Shown one piece after another: positions 34,503 through 44,219 of a stretch of DNA of 64,000 bases. Every line of letters starts with the position of its first letter. The first letter of the stretch is position 1. This DNA comes from Amphiscolops sp. MND2022 (lineage: Eukaryota), in contig OZ076409.1 of the NCBI GenBank assembly GCA_964187785.1, positions 81,284,001 through 81,348,000 of the forward strand, read 5' to 3'. The notes below the pieces were generated by a model, which did no database searches, was not told where the DNA came from, and saw only the letters and a program-made list of their open reading frames with translations. Position numbers and translations under genes: made by a program.

Positions 34503-37500
34503 ATGGTCCTACCAGGCCTGGAAAAGCTTGACATGAGTTCGCAGTCATGGGTGACCATAGGATCCACAATGGACGGTTCGCATTTTTCAGACGAAATGTC
34601 TGACGAAGTCACTATCGAGCAACAACGAAAGGAGGAACTGGCCGCCATGGTCCCTCCCTCCGAGGGTTCCGTTGCATCTGGAAGCTCTCGTCGAACCGAA
34701 CAATGGGTCGAAGAAATCTGTCGTGAAAGAGCCAATGAAGCAGAAGAAGAGTGGCCCAACTCAAACGTGACCAACGAACTTGCAGCGGAGGAAGGGTGCT
34801 CTCGCGCACCCCCAGGGGAAAAAATGAGCTCTCGCCTACAGATCACGGTGGATGAGGATCTTACCTACTCGGAGGACACGAGTGGTGCGAGGCCGCAAGG
34901 GTCTGGAGTCACTCGAAGTAACACTAGAGTTTGTGCTTATGGCAAACACAAGAAAGTGCGACCACCCATGATAAATGTAGGTGAACGTCAAGTTGAGGTG
35001 CCTCGTAAGAGGAGCGTGGCAGGTTCAGTAGCATCATCCCAACGATCTTCGGTGTACAAAGCCGCAATATTGGAAGCCCAAGCCGAGACCCAACGTGCCT
35101 TAGCTGAACTGGCTAGCACTCGTGCTGGATGCAATGACCAACACCGTGCCATCGCAGAAAATATGAGAACATTGCAGACAACGATGCGAGAAGGTCTGCA
35201 GGTCAGTGATCAACTGCGAACCGCGCAGAACACGCAGAGCGCTCGCGTAGATGCACTAGGCTACAGAATGGGTGAGATGAATGACCTTTTGATGGCCCGT
35301 GAACTTCGTGTGGAAACCCAGATCAATGATTTGAGTAACCAAATGCACACTGTGCTCAATGCTATCAACATCATGAGGCGCGAAAGGTCCCTCCCACGAC
35401 AAGCTGGTGCCACTGAAGGTGTGCCGATCGCGGATTCAATGAAGGCCACGGAATCATCGCACCGGAGTCAGGCAACAAAACCCGAGTTGGCGAGCGTATT
35501 GAAGCCCAGCACCTCCAAGTCGACAACGCCTGAAACCCGAACCAGGGATCCTGTGCCCATCATGGCTGCTGTGGAGCGCAAACCTGCACGGGTGCAGGTA
35601 AGAGGACCCCACGACTCCTCGTCGATGAGCCAAATGACATCCTCCATGGTTCGAAGTGCCACCCGAGACCAAGGTGTGGACCCGATGTCACCTATCTATC
35701 TAGATACTTCTACCGAAGTTGATTTATCCTGTACTAAGGCCACACTAGGGTCCCAGACTGATGGAGCTGTGTATGCGACGGCCCCTACCATGGTTTCCGG
35801 AACGGACTCCCTGTATCTGACCGCCGACTGGACAGCTGAGGACGGGATGCCCTCGGGCGCTCCTTGCGCGAGTAGCACTCGCAGGAAAGAAGACGTGACG
35901 AACCTCTCAGTGCGAGCTACGCATGGCAGTGACGACGGTACTGATGATGTGGCAACCAAGGAAGGAGAGGCTGAAGTCATCTCTCCTGAGCAATTGAGGT
36001 TCACTGCCGCCATTTCCAAAGCAATGTCCAAAGAACTGGCACCGTTACTTGCGGGACGTGACCTGGCTCAAACCAAACCCAGCGTGTATCGAGGCTCTAA
36101 GGACGGGTCTATTGATGGCTGGATCCTAGTAATGCAGCGATACTTAAAGAGAATCCAAACCAAAATCTCGGCCGAAGATCGGGCCTGGAGCATTATCGGT
36201 CACCTCGAAGGTGAGGCTCGCAACTACATCATCAACAAGGCAGAGTCTGAACGTGACACCCCCGAGAAGGTGTTCGAGTTGCTATCTAGTCGATTTGGCG
36301 CGGGAGGAAATCGCATGCAGGTGCGGCAGACCTTCCAAAGCCGCGTCCAACAAGAAAAAGAAGACTGGATGCAGTACTTAGACGCTTTAGAGGGTCTCAG
36401 GAGCCAAGGGTTCCCGCAAGAAAGTATCACTACTAAACGCTATGAAATCTTGCAACGCTTCATGGAAGGTGTGCGAGATCCAGTGTTGAGGCGTGAACTT
36501 GCTATAGTATACGCCTCGGAAACTTTTCTTACCGAACCCCCTACCGTGGAGTCCTTGCGATTTACCACACGTCAACTGCAACGCAATCGTCCCAGACCCA
36601 CCCAACCTCAACAACCCTATGATCCCCGATTAGCCATGAGGTCTAGACCTCATCCTTTCGCACCACTACCGCCGAACAAGATGGTTATGCCGCAGGGCGT
36701 CTTGCCACCTCCGGCGCCCCCCAAAAATGTCCCAGCTCCGGCTATCCCAGCTCCCGTCCGAGCGTCAGTAGGTGCCTGTTTTCACTGTGGGCAAAACGGA
36801 CATTTTGCTCGCGAGTGCCCCAATCGTGACCAAGCTCGAAAACCAATGACTGCCTCCGAACCAGAGGGCGTGAAGGTGACCACGGAAGACACGACCGATG
36901 GTATCCTTGAAGGTCATCCAGGGATCTATCAATGCGCGAGCTGTGGCCTTTTCGATCAGGCGGAAGTGCAATGTGGAGAGCACTCCCATGCGCCGAAACC
37001 CAATGAAGAGTTGGCCTACAATCGGTGGGCTGAGGTCGAATCAGCTGGCATCGCCGCGCACACCGTGCCTTTGGAGGATGACCGCGTGTTAATGCTACAT
37101 CCAGCGGAACCGCCTGCGTTTCACACTCCAATGACATTCACTTGTGGCGCCAAGCAAGTTCAGACCTGCTTGGAACCCACAACGTTCGATCCGCAAGGAC
37201 GTACGCTAATTTTAATTCACCTGTTGCTGGCAGCTGAGCAAACGCGTAGGCCGACGCTAACTCTGGCGAAGCTATGGGTCGAGTTGTCTATCCTCTATAA
37301 ACGAAACGAGTTACCTCGACCGAAAGAATGGTACGCTCCGGGAGAGTCTGCGACTCTGACGACGTATTCCCCAGTGCCAGTCTGCGCTTCAATGGATGGA
37401 GTGGATATGAAATTCGAAGCCTGTGTGGTGGTGGATGTATTTCCCCCTGGCATTTGTCTGGGTCCCCAGGAGCTCAAATGCTATAACATCAATCACCAGG

Positions 37501-37865
37501 AGCCCACCGGCGAAGCGCGTATAGATGAGCGTGCGTCGCTCGTAGTCTCTTTCATGGTGCCTCATGCAGCACCTATTCCGCTGCGAGGGCTGGTGGACAC
37601 CGGCTCGGGCGTCTCCATACTGACGTTTTCCGCCTTCAACAGAGTGGCAGCTCGAACTGGAACGGTACTTAAACCCTACCAAGTTGACCTGTACGCAGCC
37701 AACGGGAAGACAATAAAGACCTACGGCCTCGCAGAACACATCCATTTCCAGCTGGGAGGATACGAACTTGAAACTAACTTTGTGGTGGTAGATGATGCAA
37801 TGGGTGTGGAAGACTTCCTGCTTGGCCGGAACTTTCTTCGTTTCTTCGATCCTACCAGGTGTTAG
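34503..37865 (+). CDS. gag: Gag + aspartic protease (5' part of a frameshifted Gag-Pol)
   Basis: Capsid-like YRGSKDGSIDGW...QQEKEDWMQY; zinc knuckle CFHCGQNGHFAREC (~36777-36818); protease LVDTGSGVS (D at 37596) and LLGRNFL. First ATG is 34503 (alternative 34533). Confidence 0.9.
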   Translation: MVLPGLEKLDMSSQSWVTIGSTMDGSHFSDEMSDEVTIEQQRKEELAAMVPPSEGSVASGSSRRTEQWVEEICRERANEAEEEWPNSNVTNELAAEEGCSRAPPGEKMSSRLQITVDEDLTYSEDTSGARPQGSGVTRSNTRVCAYGKHKKVRPPMINVGERQVEVPRKRSVAGSVASSQRSSVYKAAILEAQAETQRALAELASTRAGCNDQHRAIAENMRTLQTTMREGLQVSDQLRTAQNTQSARVDALGYRMGEMNDLLMARELRVETQINDLSNQMHTVLNAINIMRRERSLPRQAGATEGVPIADSMKATESSHRSQATKPELASVLKPSTSKSTTPETRTRDPVPIMAAVERKPARVQVRGPHDSSSMSQMTSSMVRSATRDQGVDPMSPIYLDTSTEVDLSCTKATLGSQTDGAVYATAPTMVSGTDSLYLTADWTAEDGMPSGAPCASSTRRKEDVTNLSVRATHGSDDGTDDVATKEGEAEVISPEQLRFTAAISKAMSKELAPLLAGRDLAQTKPSVYRGSKDGSIDGWILVMQRYLKRIQTKISAEDRAWSIIGHLEGEARNYIINKAESERDTPEKVFELLSSRFGAGGNRMQVRQTFQSRVQQEKEDWMQYLDALEGLRSQGFPQESITTKRYEILQRFMEGVRDPVLRRELAIVYASETFLTEPPTVESLRFTTRQLQRNRPRPTQPQQPYDPRLAMRSRPHPFAPLPPNKMVMPQGVLPPPAPPKNVPAPAIPAPVRASVGACFHCGQNGHFARECPNRDQARKPMTASEPEGVKVTTEDTTDGILEGHPGIYQCASCGLFDQAEVQCGEHSHAPKPNEELAYNRWAEVESAGIAAHTVPLEDDRVLMLHPAEPPAFHTPMTFTCGAKQVQTCLEPTTFDPQGRTLILIHLLLAAEQTRRPTLTLAKLWVELSILYKRNELPRPKEWYAPGESATLTTYSPVPVCASMDGVDMKFEACVVVDVFPPGICLGPQELKCYNINHQEPTGEARIDERASLVVSFMVPHAAPIPLRGLVDTGSGVSILTFSAFNRVAARTGTVLKPYQVDLYAANGKTIKTYGLAEHIHFQLGGYELETNFVVVDDAMGVEDFLLGRNFLRFFDPTRC

Positions 37866-40800
37866 TGGATCTAACGTCTATGAAGATTGTGGTGCGAGCA
37901 CCAGTGAAGCCTGTGTGGCATCATGCTCACGCACAGGTAGGTGACACTTCAATAGCTACTCCAGTCGTTTTGGACAGTGACTTGGTCCTACAACCTTTCG
38001 AACGAGCGGTGGCTAGAGCCAAGCTCGTCACCAACACTCTAGAGCCGCTGATTTTTCAAAGCGTAGCGCTCAATGCCTCTCTGTCTGACACTACGTTGCA
38101 CAATGTCGTCTTTTTAGAGGACAGCGTGGCCACTGTCAGTGAGACAGGAACACTCTTTGTGAGCCTGATAAATCTCACCAGCAACCCTCAACGCATGCGG
38201 TGTGGTGTACAACTGGGCACCGTAGTACCCGTAACGGTAGTATACCAAGCAGTACCTCAATGTTTGGACTCTCCCACTACAACCCGCACAAAAACTGACG
38301 CCGACGACAGTCGTGCAAATTTTGTTCATAAAGTTTATAGTGAAGTGAATCTATCCACTGCTTCTGAGTTAACCTCTTCTTCCGAATTTGAGTTTTTGTC
38401 CTCTACTGACCCTAGCGAGACAGGACTATCGGAGCGCGAGATTCGCAAACGAACGGACCCAGAGCTAATGGCTCCGATTCCTGGGCCGGAATCTCAGCTC
38501 AAGGCGGTCAAGGATTTGTGGGGCGCTAGCGCCTGCGAATCTCTCCGTAACCTCCTCGATGAATTCGATGAGCTGTTCATGAAACACAAAGCAGACATCG
38601 GTCGGTGCACTATCGCTAAGCACACCGTGGAGGTGGAACCAGGGGCTGTACCGCATCGCGAAGGTGCTCGCCGGATGTCCCCTGAGAAGGCCGAACGTGC
38701 CAATCAGGAGGTACGGAACCTCTTAGCTCTGGGAATGATACAGCCCTCGCTGTCCCCCTGGGCGAGCGGCATTGTAATGGTGAAAAAGAAAAACGGGGAG
38801 TTGCGCTTTTGCTGCGACTTCCGCCCGTTAAATGAGGTAACCATTAAGGATGCTTATCCCTTGCCCCGCATCGATGAAAGCCTGGCACGGCTAGGCAAAG
38901 CAAAGATCTATACCAGCATAGACCTTGCTTGGGCCTTTTGGCAAATTCCCGTGCGAAAAGCGGATCGCCACAAAACCGCTTTTGCTTGTGAACTAGGACT
39001 TTTTGAGTGGCGGCGAATGCCATTTGGTATGTGCAATGCATCTGCCACGTTTCAGCGGTCAATAGCGCGTGCGCTAAGGAATATTGTCAATCGTGAGGGC
39101 AGCATGGTCATGGCCTACATTGATGATATCGTGATTGCCACGGAGACTGTGGAAGACCATATGGTACGTCTACGTGAAGTCTTTGAATGTCTCCGTGAAG
39201 CCGGCTTCAAAATGCGCGTGGCCAAATGCGATTTCATGAAATCGGAGATCAAGTATTTGGGACGAGTGGTGTCCGCAGAAGGAGTGAAGCCCGACCCAAA
39301 AGCCGTCGTCAAGTTGCGCGATTGGGAAATTCCCCGTAACAAGACGGAGATGCAGAGTTTCCTTGGATTTGCCAACTATTATCGCGAATTCATTCCTTGG
39401 CACGCTAAGCTGGTTGCACCCCTGCACGCCATCACTGGACTGAATGCCACCTTCGCCTGGGGTCCTGAGCAACAAACCGCATTCAATGAGATCAAAAAAG
39501 CCCTAATCGAGGCAACTGCGCTCGCGCAGCCTGATTCCGAAGGAGAGTTTGTGTTGGACACTGACGCTAGTGCTGTCGCCATTTCGGGTATCCTGCACCA
39601 GTGGCAAGGTCCTCCGGGTGAACGACGCCTGAGACCGATAGTTTACGGTAGCAAGAAGCTCACCACCACGCAAGCCAAATACGGAGCCCCCAAACTTGAA
39701 ATGTTCGCCGCCTACTATTTCATAGTGAAGAACCACAGCTATCTATGTCCCCGGAAATTCACCCTGCGGGTGGACAACCAAGCTTTGTCCTGGTTGAAAA
39801 CCTACTCCACGGATCAAGCGTTAATCGGCCGATGGATTATGACCCTGGAGAAATATCACTTTCGCGTGGAACACCGCCCAAGGACCCAACATCGAAACGC
39901 CGATGGCTTGAGCAAACGAACCAACGAGTACCGATGCCGCGAAAAACAGCTTGCACAGCAGCCAGCTGCGGGCGAACGCTGGAACTTTCTTTCAGCTGAC
40001 GAATTTGATAAACTACCTGTTGCCCCATGGTTCGACCTTCAGGGTCGAGTCATCCCGAACCATCCCGAGTTACCTGCGCACCTGCAGAACTTGGAGCCTA
40101 AGGCTCCCGACCAATTGCTACGCGTGCTTCGCCGCACCAAACGAGCGAGCAGGAGGGACAGACAAGCAGAAGCATTCGCAGCCCCTTTGCCACCTCCGCC
40201 TTCCCTTACTCTGCAACCGCACGAGGATGCCTATCCAGACTACCCTGAGGACTGGATTGATGTGACTGATGAAGCACGCGAAGATTATCTATTGCCAACG
40301 CATGCCGTAAATGTTCCCTCGCGTACCGTCTATGCTATTGCTGGGGCGAATCCTGTTGCGTTGCAAGGTACTCCCTCGGGTGTGCGCGACTCAATTATGG
40401 CTCTTAAAGATATCAACACTGAACTTCACGAACATGCTCAAACCATGCATGGTATCAAAGATTTGATTCTAGCCCAAAACCGTGATGTTCATGTGCTAGC
40501 ACTCAAAAAGTTGGTGCTGAACGAATCTATCGATCATGACGTGTTTCCCGAGAACGTGCGTGAGTTCGCACGCAACTACTACCGCCAGAAGAAAACCCTC
40601 CTGTTTATCAACAAGAATGGTGTACTTTGCGTACAATACCCTCCCAACCAACGTCCCCTGCACGAACGTCCGTGCATGATCGTCATGCCACAACTGTACC
40701 AGCATGAGATTTTATTCCGCGCGCATGACGCCATGGGACATCAAGGTATCTCCAAAGTGGTGGCTAGGATTCAAGAACGTCACACATGGCCTGGTATTCG

Positions 40801-43800
40801 GCGCAGCGTGGGCCGTTACGTTGGCCAATGCCTCACCTGTCAACAAGTTCGGGATAAGCCTGGTGACGTCCGATCCCATCTAAAGAACATCCAAAGCGGA
40901 TACTTCAACGAATTGGTTCAATATGATCATCTGAAGATCTGCCCCTCAGACAGTAATAACACTGGCATCTTGGTCATAATTGACCATTTCTCCAAGTTCG
41001 CGGAAGCAGTGCCCTGTAGTCATCATGACTACGATGCTGTGACTACCTCTCGGTTGCTGTTACAAAAGTGGTTCGCCCGTCATGGCACACCCACTAGGAT
41101 GCAGTCTGACAATGCCCCTAATTTGACTGCCGAGGTGTCCAACGAATTCCTAAAAGCAGCCCACGTTACCAAAGTAACCTCTACAGCTAGCCATCCGAGA
41201 ACCCAAGGCTTGGTCGAGCGCCAAAATCGGACGCTGCTGACCCTACTGCGAGTTTTTTGTTCCCGCCGTATGCGCGATTGGGACCAATGTCTTGATGAGG
41301 TCATGGGTGCCTACAACTCTACGAGGCACGCTACCACTGGCTTCTCACCCTACATGCTGACCCGTGGCGTAGAGAAGGCCATCCCTCTCACGTTCTTGTA
41401 TCCCGAGTTTGCAGCCAAATCATTCGAGTCGCATGAGGCGTATGTCGATCATGTACTGGCTCGCCAACAGGAAATACATGACCTGGTACGGCGCAACACG
41501 CACCAAGCCCAATTGCGTCAAAAGTTAAAGTACGACCGTGCTATACAAGCGCGAGCTTACCAAGTAGGCGAGCTCGTCTGGGTTTTTTGCCGCTACGTAC
41601 CGCAAAAGGGTTCCCCGAAATTGATGCGTGCTTGGCGAGGCCCGCACAAAGTGGTACAAGTTTTTCAGGACGGTCGTGTCTATGTACTAGACACAGGTCA
41701 AAAGGTTCATTTTGAACGTCTTAAACCGCATCACAGTGGCCCACTTGAACTTGCTACTGCACACTCGGACAGTGGTGAGGTGGTGGTCCTTATGGACCCC
41801 GAACCTGAACGTTCCGTCGACGTAGTTGATGACGACAAGTCTTTATCGTCGTATAAACCCGAACAACTACTTTCAGAGGCGTCCGATGCATCTTTGCCCT
41901 CACGTCGACGTCACTGGATGGACACTCGACTACGCACGAAACTTCGCGCAGGCGGCTCCCGCCCGCATTATCAGCAATTTGACTATTCCACCTCGGGTAC
42001 AGACGACGAACTATCCGATGCCATGTTGCCAATACCTCCTAATCCCGTTGACGAGGATATGGTGGAGCCTGCGGCTCCTCCGACTACATTGGATCAGTCG
42101 ATATCCCCTGCCCGTGTACTACCCCAACTGTTCTCTGACCATGAGCGCGTGCGCTCACCGTCTCCGCAGATATCCTCTGAAGAAGAGACATCGTTACCAG
42201 GAACCTCAGCATCCTTGTTGACGAATCCCTCGCTAACCAACTTTCTTAGTAACTATCCCATATGGCCGACCGCCCCTCCGATTCCCCTCAAATCTGCCAG
42301 CAGCGACAGCAACGTTCAGCCCGATCTGCCTGATGCTCCCGAGACTTCGCCAGGAGCGGGGACCGCTCCTTCTTTCAAAAGGGGGAGGGGGAGACCACCC
42401 AAGGCACAGAAGAAACGGCTGATTCGAGCGAAGGCAAGAACAAGGAAGAAAGAAACACCGAGAAATGCCGAAACTGAAACTGCAGTCCAGGCCGAAACGG
42501 AAGCTCCCAGAACTGCAGAGACGCTAACAGAAGCATCTGCAACTGCTCTTAGGTATCAACTAAGGAGTAAACGACAGCCGCGCTACAAGTGTGGAACCTG
42601 CGGGCTGCGAGATTGTGTCTGCCTATTAGCTGTGAATGAGAACCGGAGGGTTCCCATTGGAGCCCGGGGAGTTCCTCCGGAAGAGAGAGAAAACTTGGTG
42701 TACCGCCTCACGGTGCGGGCCGAAAAAACCTACTCAGCTGTAGAGCGGTCCGGAGACTACCCTGTGGACACTATCCTGGAGAAGTTGTCACTGCCTGGGG
42801 TAGCGAAGGCCCCTTGTCCTAGGTTTAAGGAGTGGACTAGCGATGGAAAGGGCCTGGAGTTTACCCTGCCCACGGTGTTGCCCCCCGTGCCTAGTAATAT
42901 TGCGTTTGGACCATTCAATTTTGAAAGGGAACCTGTGCAGATGGTCCGATGCATCACTGCTGACTTGTTATGCGACAAGTATGGAGTCCAGGTGGAACCA
43001 GGAGGGGTATACAGCCCGGCTCCTCACTGGTGGCTGCTGGTAACAGCTCCACGAGTGGAGGCGCTGGTGGAACCGTTGAATCTGTTATCCTGTCTGGAGA
43101 GTCTGAGGACCCTCACCACTGTGGACTTAATACTTTGCTTCCACATCATAGACTGGTACCGAGGCAAGATGAAATTCACGTGGTGGCTGGAACTAATAAT
43201 CACATGTTTCGCCACCTATCCCAGAATTCGACTATTAGATGAGTGGACTCACACCTTCGAGATCCCCTTGTTCCCCAAAGCCGCCCTGGGAACTTTAGAT
43301 GCGTGGGTAAAGGCCGGCAGCGACAATCGAGCGATGCCCCGCTCAGTATGGCAAGACCTGGCTGCAGTCCAAGGGCGTACCCCTCGCGTGTGTCTGCCCC
43401 CCGATAATGGTCCCGGACGAGAGATTGTTTACCCGGGAGCCCTGTATCCGAACTCAGCCGAACACGTCTCTTACGATGAATCCGATTTCTTGCAGGCCGA
43501 GGGCGACATAGTGTTAGCATGCCCTGCTGACCTAAAGACCAACTCTGCCGCCCTGCGATATGTGCTGCGGGAGTGCGGCATGGAAGATGTATTTGCCTTA
43601 CGACCTAAAGTGGGCGAGATTCTCACTATCCCGCCCGATGTGAACCCCAACCCCAACCAAAGTATTCACTTGTTGATAGTCCGTGCTAACCAGCGCGCAC
43701 CGCTGCTGACAGATGACTACTTGCGTTGCATGACGTACTTGATACAGCGCCTGATAGATAAAGGATCCACACGGGTCCACCTACCCATTCTGGATCCCGA

Positions 43801-43924
43801 GAGACCGGCTTTCTCGTTGGTTAACCTGTACCATACTCTAACGAGCATGTTCGAGGGTACTGGTATTCACGTGGTTTTGCATAGCCGCGTATATGTATCA
43901 ATATTAACTATAGGGCTGAAGTAG
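37859..43924 (+). CDS. pol: Pol: dUTPase-like spacer, RT, RNase H, integrase, plus long C-terminal extension
   Basis: RT motifs SPWAS, DFRPLN, MPFG and YIDD (39116); RNase H motifs DTDAS, VDNQAL and NADGLS; integrase HHCC (HDAMGH..CLTC), YDH/SDNA/VERQN catalytic triad and WRGPH. The ORF has no ATG start of its own and is reached by removing the 8-bp duplication. Confidence 0.95.
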   Translation: MLVDLTSMKIVVRAPVKPVWHHAHAQVGDTSIATPVVLDSDLVLQPFERAVARAKLVTNTLEPLIFQSVALNASLSDTTLHNVVFLEDSVATVSETGTLFVSLINLTSNPQRMRCGVQLGTVVPVTVVYQAVPQCLDSPTTTRTKTDADDSRANFVHKVYSEVNLSTASELTSSSEFEFLSSTDPSETGLSEREIRKRTDPELMAPIPGPESQLKAVKDLWGASACESLRNLLDEFDELFMKHKADIGRCTIAKHTVEVEPGAVPHREGARRMSPEKAERANQEVRNLLALGMIQPSLSPWASGIVMVKKKNGELRFCCDFRPLNEVTIKDAYPLPRIDESLARLGKAKIYTSIDLAWAFWQIPVRKADRHKTAFACELGLFEWRRMPFGMCNASATFQRSIARALRNIVNREGSMVMAYIDDIVIATETVEDHMVRLREVFECLREAGFKMRVAKCDFMKSEIKYLGRVVSAEGVKPDPKAVVKLRDWEIPRNKTEMQSFLGFANYYREFIPWHAKLVAPLHAITGLNATFAWGPEQQTAFNEIKKALIEATALAQPDSEGEFVLDTDASAVAISGILHQWQGPPGERRLRPIVYGSKKLTTTQAKYGAPKLEMFAAYYFIVKNHSYLCPRKFTLRVDNQALSWLKTYSTDQALIGRWIMTLEKYHFRVEHRPRTQHRNADGLSKRTNEYRCREKQLAQQPAAGERWNFLSADEFDKLPVAPWFDLQGRVIPNHPELPAHLQNLEPKAPDQLLRVLRRTKRASRRDRQAEAFAAPLPPPPSLTLQPHEDAYPDYPEDWIDVTDEAREDYLLPTHAVNVPSRTVYAIAGANPVALQGTPSGVRDSIMALKDINTELHEHAQTMHGIKDLILAQNRDVHVLALKKLVLNESIDHDVFPENVREFARNYYRQKKTLLFINKNGVLCVQYPPNQRPLHERPCMIVMPQLYQHEILFRAHDAMGHQGISKVVARIQERHTWPGIRRSVGRYVGQCLTCQQVRDKPGDVRSHLKNIQSGYFNELVQYDHLKICPSDSNNTGILVIIDHFSKFAEAVPCSHHDYDAVTTSRLLLQKWFARHGTPTRMQSDNAPNLTAEVSNEFLKAAHVTKVTSTASHPRTQGLVERQNRTLLTLLRVFCSRRMRDWDQCLDEVMGAYNSTRHATTGFSPYMLTRGVEKAIPLTFLYPEFAAKSFESHEAYVDHVLARQQEIHDLVRRNTHQAQLRQKLKYDRAIQARAYQVGELVWVFCRYVPQKGSPKLMRAWRGPHKVVQVFQDGRVYVLDTGQKVHFERLKPHHSGPLELATAHSDSGEVVVLMDPEPERSVDVVDDDKSLSSYKPEQLLSEASDASLPSRRRHWMDTRLRTKLRAGGSRPHYQQFDYSTSGTDDELSDAMLPIPPNPVDEDMVEPAAPPTTLDQSISPARVLPQLFSDHERVRSPSPQISSEEETSLPGTSASLLTNPSLTNFLSNYPIWPTAPPIPLKSASSDSNVQPDLPDAPETSPGAGTAPSFKRGRGRPPKAQKKRLIRAKARTRKKETPRNAETETAVQAETEAPRTAETLTEASATALRYQLRSKRQPRYKCGTCGLRDCVCLLAVNENRRVPIGARGVPPEERENLVYRLTVRAEKTYSAVERSGDYPVDTILEKLSLPGVAKAPCPRFKEWTSDGKGLEFTLPTVLPPVPSNIAFGPFNFEREPVQMVRCITADLLCDKYGVQVEPGGVYSPAPHWWLLVTAPRVEALVEPLNLLSCLESLRTLTTVDLILCFHIIDWYRGKMKFTWWLELIITCFATYPRIRLLDEWTHTFEIPLFPKAALGTLDAWVKAGSDNRAMPRSVWQDLAAVQGRTPRVCLPPDNGPGREIVYPGALYPNSAEHVSYDESDFLQAEGDIVLACPADLKTNSAALRYVLRECGMEDVFALRPKVGEILTIPPDVNPNPNQSIHLLIVRANQRAPLLTDDYLRCMTYLIQRLIDKGSTRVHLPILDPERPAFSLVNLYHTLTSMFEGTGIHVVLHSRVYVSILTIGLK

Positions 43925-44219
43925 CCTTTTCATTTTAGTTGTCCCCATTTTTCCTTTGCCCTCAGTTCTTGCAACAGTTTTTGTAACAACCTTGGAAGAG
44001 CCTTGAAATGCTCTCGAGATGTTAAATTGTCATGTTGTTCACTCAAAGGTTTTGTTCTAGTTCGTTAGTTAGTTAGAGTTAGATTTTAAGTTTGTAGTGG
44101 CCCCCTTACGGAGCCGATGTTGCCTGGCTGCAATTGAAGGACGAACCGACTCACGGCTCGTTCCAGAGAGAACTTGTCCCTGTAAGTCTAACAGTGGTCC
44201 TTTTTAGACCTATGCATTA

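Noticed and set aside
37833..37865. Programmed -1 ribosomal frameshift
   Set aside because: No X-XXY-YYZ heptamer; the exact 8-bp duplication explains the shift, and its removal restores the protease C-terminus.
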